From: Cyanophora paradoxa CCMP329 | Lineage: Eukaryota; Plantae; Glaucophyta | DNA length: 64,000 bases | NCBI GenBank assembly: GCA_004431415.1 | Contig: QPMI01000662.1 | Span: forward strand, 62,001-126,000 | Direction of reading: 5' to 3' | Shown: positions 60,522-64,000 of the stretch, piece after piece | Position numbering within the stretch: position 1 is the first letter of the stretch | Layout: each line of letters starts with the position of its first letter | Notes under the pieces: model-generated | Seen by the model: the letters and a program-made list of their open reading frames with translations, nothing else | Databases searched by the model: none | Told to the model about the DNA's origin: nothing | Position numbers and translations under genes: made by a program

Positions 60522-63500
60522 TCAGAAGGCGAAGAGGAGGTCGCTGGGGTAGCCGACGCGCTCGAGGTTCGGCACGCAGGTCTGCTTCGGCATGCCCGGG
60601 GGGCCGCACATGAAGACCCCCGAGCCGGCCCCCGGCGCCGGCAGCCGCTCCCTGCCCACGCCCCCGCGTCGGAGGAGCGCGACGAGGGGGGCGCGGGGAA
60701 GCCGCGGGGGGCGCACCGGAACATGGTCTCGGAGACGGGCCCCTGGCTGAACGTCCACGCCCCCGCCTCGCCCTCCCCAACCTGCCCCGGCTGAGCGGTC
60801 CGGATCGAGCGCGCCCTGCGGGGGGTTCCGCGGCCACCTTGTCGACGGTGTGCCAGACGCGGAGGCGGCCGGGGTGCTTGGCGCAGAGCTCGTCGAGCTC
60901 GGCCTTCAGCAGGATCTTGTCCGGCGACTGCGCGCGCGCGCCGGCCCCGCCCCGCGCGATCGGCCGAGGAAGACAAGAGCGCAGACGGGGGGAGGAGGGC
61001 GGGGGCGCACGCGGGGGGCGTAGAGGAGCCAGGCCTCGGTCTTGTCCTCGGGGTCCGCCAGGATCGCCTTGATCATCTGCCCGCCCCCGGTCCAAGCCGG
61101 AGTCAGACGACGCCGGTTTGGCGCGAGCAGAGTACGGGGCGGGGGCGGCGGACCGCGAACATGGGGGCGATGCCGGTGCCGCCGGCGACGAGGCCGACGC
61201 GGTCGAGGTGCAGGTGCCGCCCCTCGATCTCGAACTCCCCTGCGCATGCGCCCCGGCCCGTCAGACCCTACTTTCGCCAGGAGGAGGAGCGGGCAGACCG
61301 CGGCCGCGGTAGACGATGTCACCCGAGGCTCCCTTGACGAGGATCGTGTCTCCGACCTGCGCACGCGCCCGGCGCTCAGAACTCGGAGGGAATTCCAAGG
61401 CTTTCTTTGATTTAATTTCGGGGGCGGGCGGCGGCTGCCTTCATGGCGTCGAGGTGCGTGGTCATGAGGCCGCCGTTGGGGAAACGGGGGTCCTCGTTCT
61501 TGAGGTAGACCTGCCACGCAAGTCCTCAGAGAGAGGCGAAATTGATGACAAGAGGTGGAGAAGAGGGCACCCGGACGGCGAGGTCGAAATAGCCCCGGAC
61601 CTCGTTGCCCGTGATCGGCGTGTATCTGCGCGCGCGGCGTCAGGTCGCAGGTTCGACGGGTTCATTTCCGATCGCGGAAGTCAATGGCGGACATGCGGGA
61701 GACGTGGGCGCCGCCGGGGCCAATGGGGGCGGAGAGGGAGAGGTGCCAGCCAACGCGGAGGCCCAGCACGTGCTCCGGCGTCTTCAGCCCGAACCGGTAC
61801 CTTCGGGATGCGAGGGCTCAGGGCGGAGCGGGGCGAACTCGAGCGGGGCGGGGGCGGGGGCACCGGCGGCCGTCGTTGGAGAGGACCTCCCGCTCGAGCA
61901 GCGTCACCGTGATCGGCCCGCGCCCGTCCTGCCCGCCCCGCGCCCCGCCCTCAGCGGGGGAGAGCTCGAGCGCGCGGGGACGGGGCCGGGGGCGACCTTG
62001 AGGGAGACCGGGGCGCCCTCCGGCACGTCGATCACCGAGCGCCGCCGGCCAAGGGCTGCCCCCGCGCCCGGCGCCCCCCGGCCCGATCAGCGCGGGATCC
62101 GGAGTCGAGGGCGCGGGGCGGACCGTTGGGGGCGTCGGGGCGGAGCCAGAAGGGGCGCCCCGGGCAGCGCGGGTTCGCCACGAAGGCCCCGCCCAGCTCC
62201 CCGATGTACCTGACGTCCATCGCGAGAGGCGCGCCCCACTTAGTGCACGCCGAAGCGTACGCGTGGCCTGCAGCGATTTTTTTCGAGGCGCACCAGTCGG
62301 CGAGGAGCTTGTAGGCGCCCTTGCTGTGCGTCTCCTCGAACTCCTTGGTCGAGTCGGTGCCGGCCTGGCGATCGCGAGGAGCGCGGGTCGGGAGGGCGAG
62401 GGCGGGAGGCGGAACGAAGGCGGGGGAAGGGCTCTGGACCTTCATCACGATGGAGTGGCCGCCGCCGGGGTGCTCGTTCAGGTAGGGCGTGCAGTCGTAC
62501 ACCTAAATCCAGGAGATCAAGAACGAAGACTTGCAGAGGACTCGAATGCTTTGCACGCGAACGGACCTTGTTAGAAACGACTATCCAGCAGTCGTCTGGA
62601 GGGGGCCCGTTTCGGTAACCCACAAAGTGTCGCGGTAGGGCTGCCTACCCATGGTGTTGTGCTTCGCCACCTGCGCGCCCAGCGCCGCGGCGATCACGTT
62701 CGTTCGGTCTGAAAGAGCGCTTCTGAGGGGTTCGAGCCGCAAACCTCGTCCATCGTGAGCGTGTGGGCAGAGCCGCCTGCAGGGAGGACGACCTGCAATC
62801 GATGCCGCGAGGGCGCGCGTGAGCTCGAGCTCGAGCTCGCGTTCACTGATTTTTCGAAATCGAATGCGAGGTGGGGCGCACCTGGGCGTTCGGGGCGACA
62901 TTGACGGCGGAGGACTTCTGGGGGGCGGGCGCCGGCTTCTCCTGGGCGGCCGGCGCCGGGGCGGACGCCGGCTCCTTCTTCGCGGCCGCAGAGGCGTCGC
63001 CGTCGGCGGGGCGCATCCAGCCGGTGGGGTGGCCGGCCACCACCGGGTGCTCCACGAGGACCGCCCTCTCGCCGGCCGCGTTCGCCGCACGGCTGAGGCG
63101 CAGCCGGTAGATTGCGTTTTTGCCCTGCCCGAAGCTCAGCCCGCGAGGCGAGTTGGAACTCGAGCACTCGAGAGCACCTGTCCCATGAGGTTCCAGGTGG
63201 CGGGCCGGGTCAGCCTCGTGATCATTGTTAAGATTCATTCGTTCTTTTGGGGGAGAAGCTTAAGGACGGACCTGCGTGTTGTTGGCCTCGTCCCAGGCGC
63301 GGCAGGCGATCTCGTGCGCGCCCTCCACTGCCGCCGAGTCCAGCCGCGCCGCGTCGACCGCCAGGCGCCAAAAGACCCAGCACCTTCGAGTTCGAACTCC
63401 CGCAATCAGACGGCGATCGCGGCGCGAGCGCTGGTGCAGGCGACGGGCACCAGGAGCGGCCGTCGGCGCTGGGGCGCTCGAAGCGCTCGATGGTGGAGAG

Positions 63501-64000
63501 GATCCAGGTCTTGCAGCCGTCGAGCGAGACTTCGACGCGCGTCACCGCCCGCCCCCCGCCTGAAATCAAAAATGGAATTTCAGCGCTCGGGCGAATCCTC
63601 TACAGAAGACGATGCAAAGAAGCGACGCGGACCGCTGAGGGCGTAGCCGCCGATCGTGATCGGGTGCGTCCGCTGCAGGGAGAGCACCTGGCGGCCGCCG
63701 CAAGGTACGTGTTACCGGTGGAACGGGCGGAGCTGGCCATGGGCTGCGCATGCGGACCTCGCCGGGGGCCGGGGACCAGATAACGGACTGGACGGCGAGC
63801 TCGTTGAGGATGTACTCGGGCCGGAACCACCAGCCTGCGCGAAGCGAAATAAGATTCTAAGGGGATACGGAGCGCGCAAATATCAAGGGGGGCGGGCCTT
63901 CGGCCTGGGCGAGCTCCTCGTCGACGTGGGGCGGGAGGATCCTGCCCCGAGGCGCGGTGAGCTCCCCGGCCGGCCGCGGGCGCCCGGGGCTCGCTGCGAG
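60522..64000 (-). CDS. NIA: Assimilatory NAD(P)H nitrate reductase, 3' part (Moco dimerisation, cytochrome b5, FAD and NAD domains); 5' end beyond window
   Basis: PEYILNEL, SGGGRAVTRVEVSLDG, CRAWDE, WNLMG; cytochrome b5 DCWIVV..VYDCTPYLNEHPGG..AGTDST; FPNGGLMT, LVAGGTGIAPM, MCGPPGM. Confidence 0.95.

Noticed and set aside
1-64000. Hundreds of long Arg/Pro/Gly/Ala-rich ORFs in the six-frame track (e.g. 1492..3468, 19069..20529, 56967..58478)
   Set aside because: Artefacts of very high GC content, intron read-through and antisense frames. The real genes are multi-exon.

Overview
This is eukaryotic nuclear DNA: very GC-rich, gene-dense, with many short (~50-100 nt) spliceosomal introns. Donors are mostly GTGCGC/GTCCGC and frequently GC-type, so the six-frame ORF track is mostly misleading. 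All gene models below were spliced by eye and their boundaries are approximate. A Phe-containing plastid transit peptide with a TAT lumen signal, nitrate reductase and the axonemal protein EFHC1/Rib72 suggest a flagellated primary-plastid alga, most likely a glaucophyte (inference). Housekeeping genes: WD40, TBC Rab-GAP, FKBP, GT32, MFS, PIG-W, EFHC1, F-box/LRR, PI-PLC, CDCA7-like, serine acetyltransferase, UFL1 and nitrate reductase. The standout is a ~25-kb signalling island (4.4-29.7 kb) that looks like an innate-immunity / phosphotyrosine toolkit. (i) A giant gene that splices in frame as [degenerate TIR]-TIR(catalytic Glu)-Zn ribbon-pseudokinase-TRADD-N-like-pseudokinase-SH2-Tyr motif-active non-RD TKL kinase-SH2-Tyr tail. 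(ii) A paralogous degenerate kinase-SH2-Tyr-tail gene, head-to-head with (iii) a possible STAT/CudA-like Ig-fold plus ankyrin protein. (iv) An RLK/Pelle(IRAK)-type kinase with a Src-like HRDFRSAN loop, tandem PGDYG-like repeats and a tail anchor. (v) A CAMK kinase with a ~100-aa domain inserted in the alphaD-alphaE loop. Also noted: a dsRBD plus catalytically dead TUTase/PAP-fold protein, a truncated FKBP duplicate and a MITE-like foldback element.
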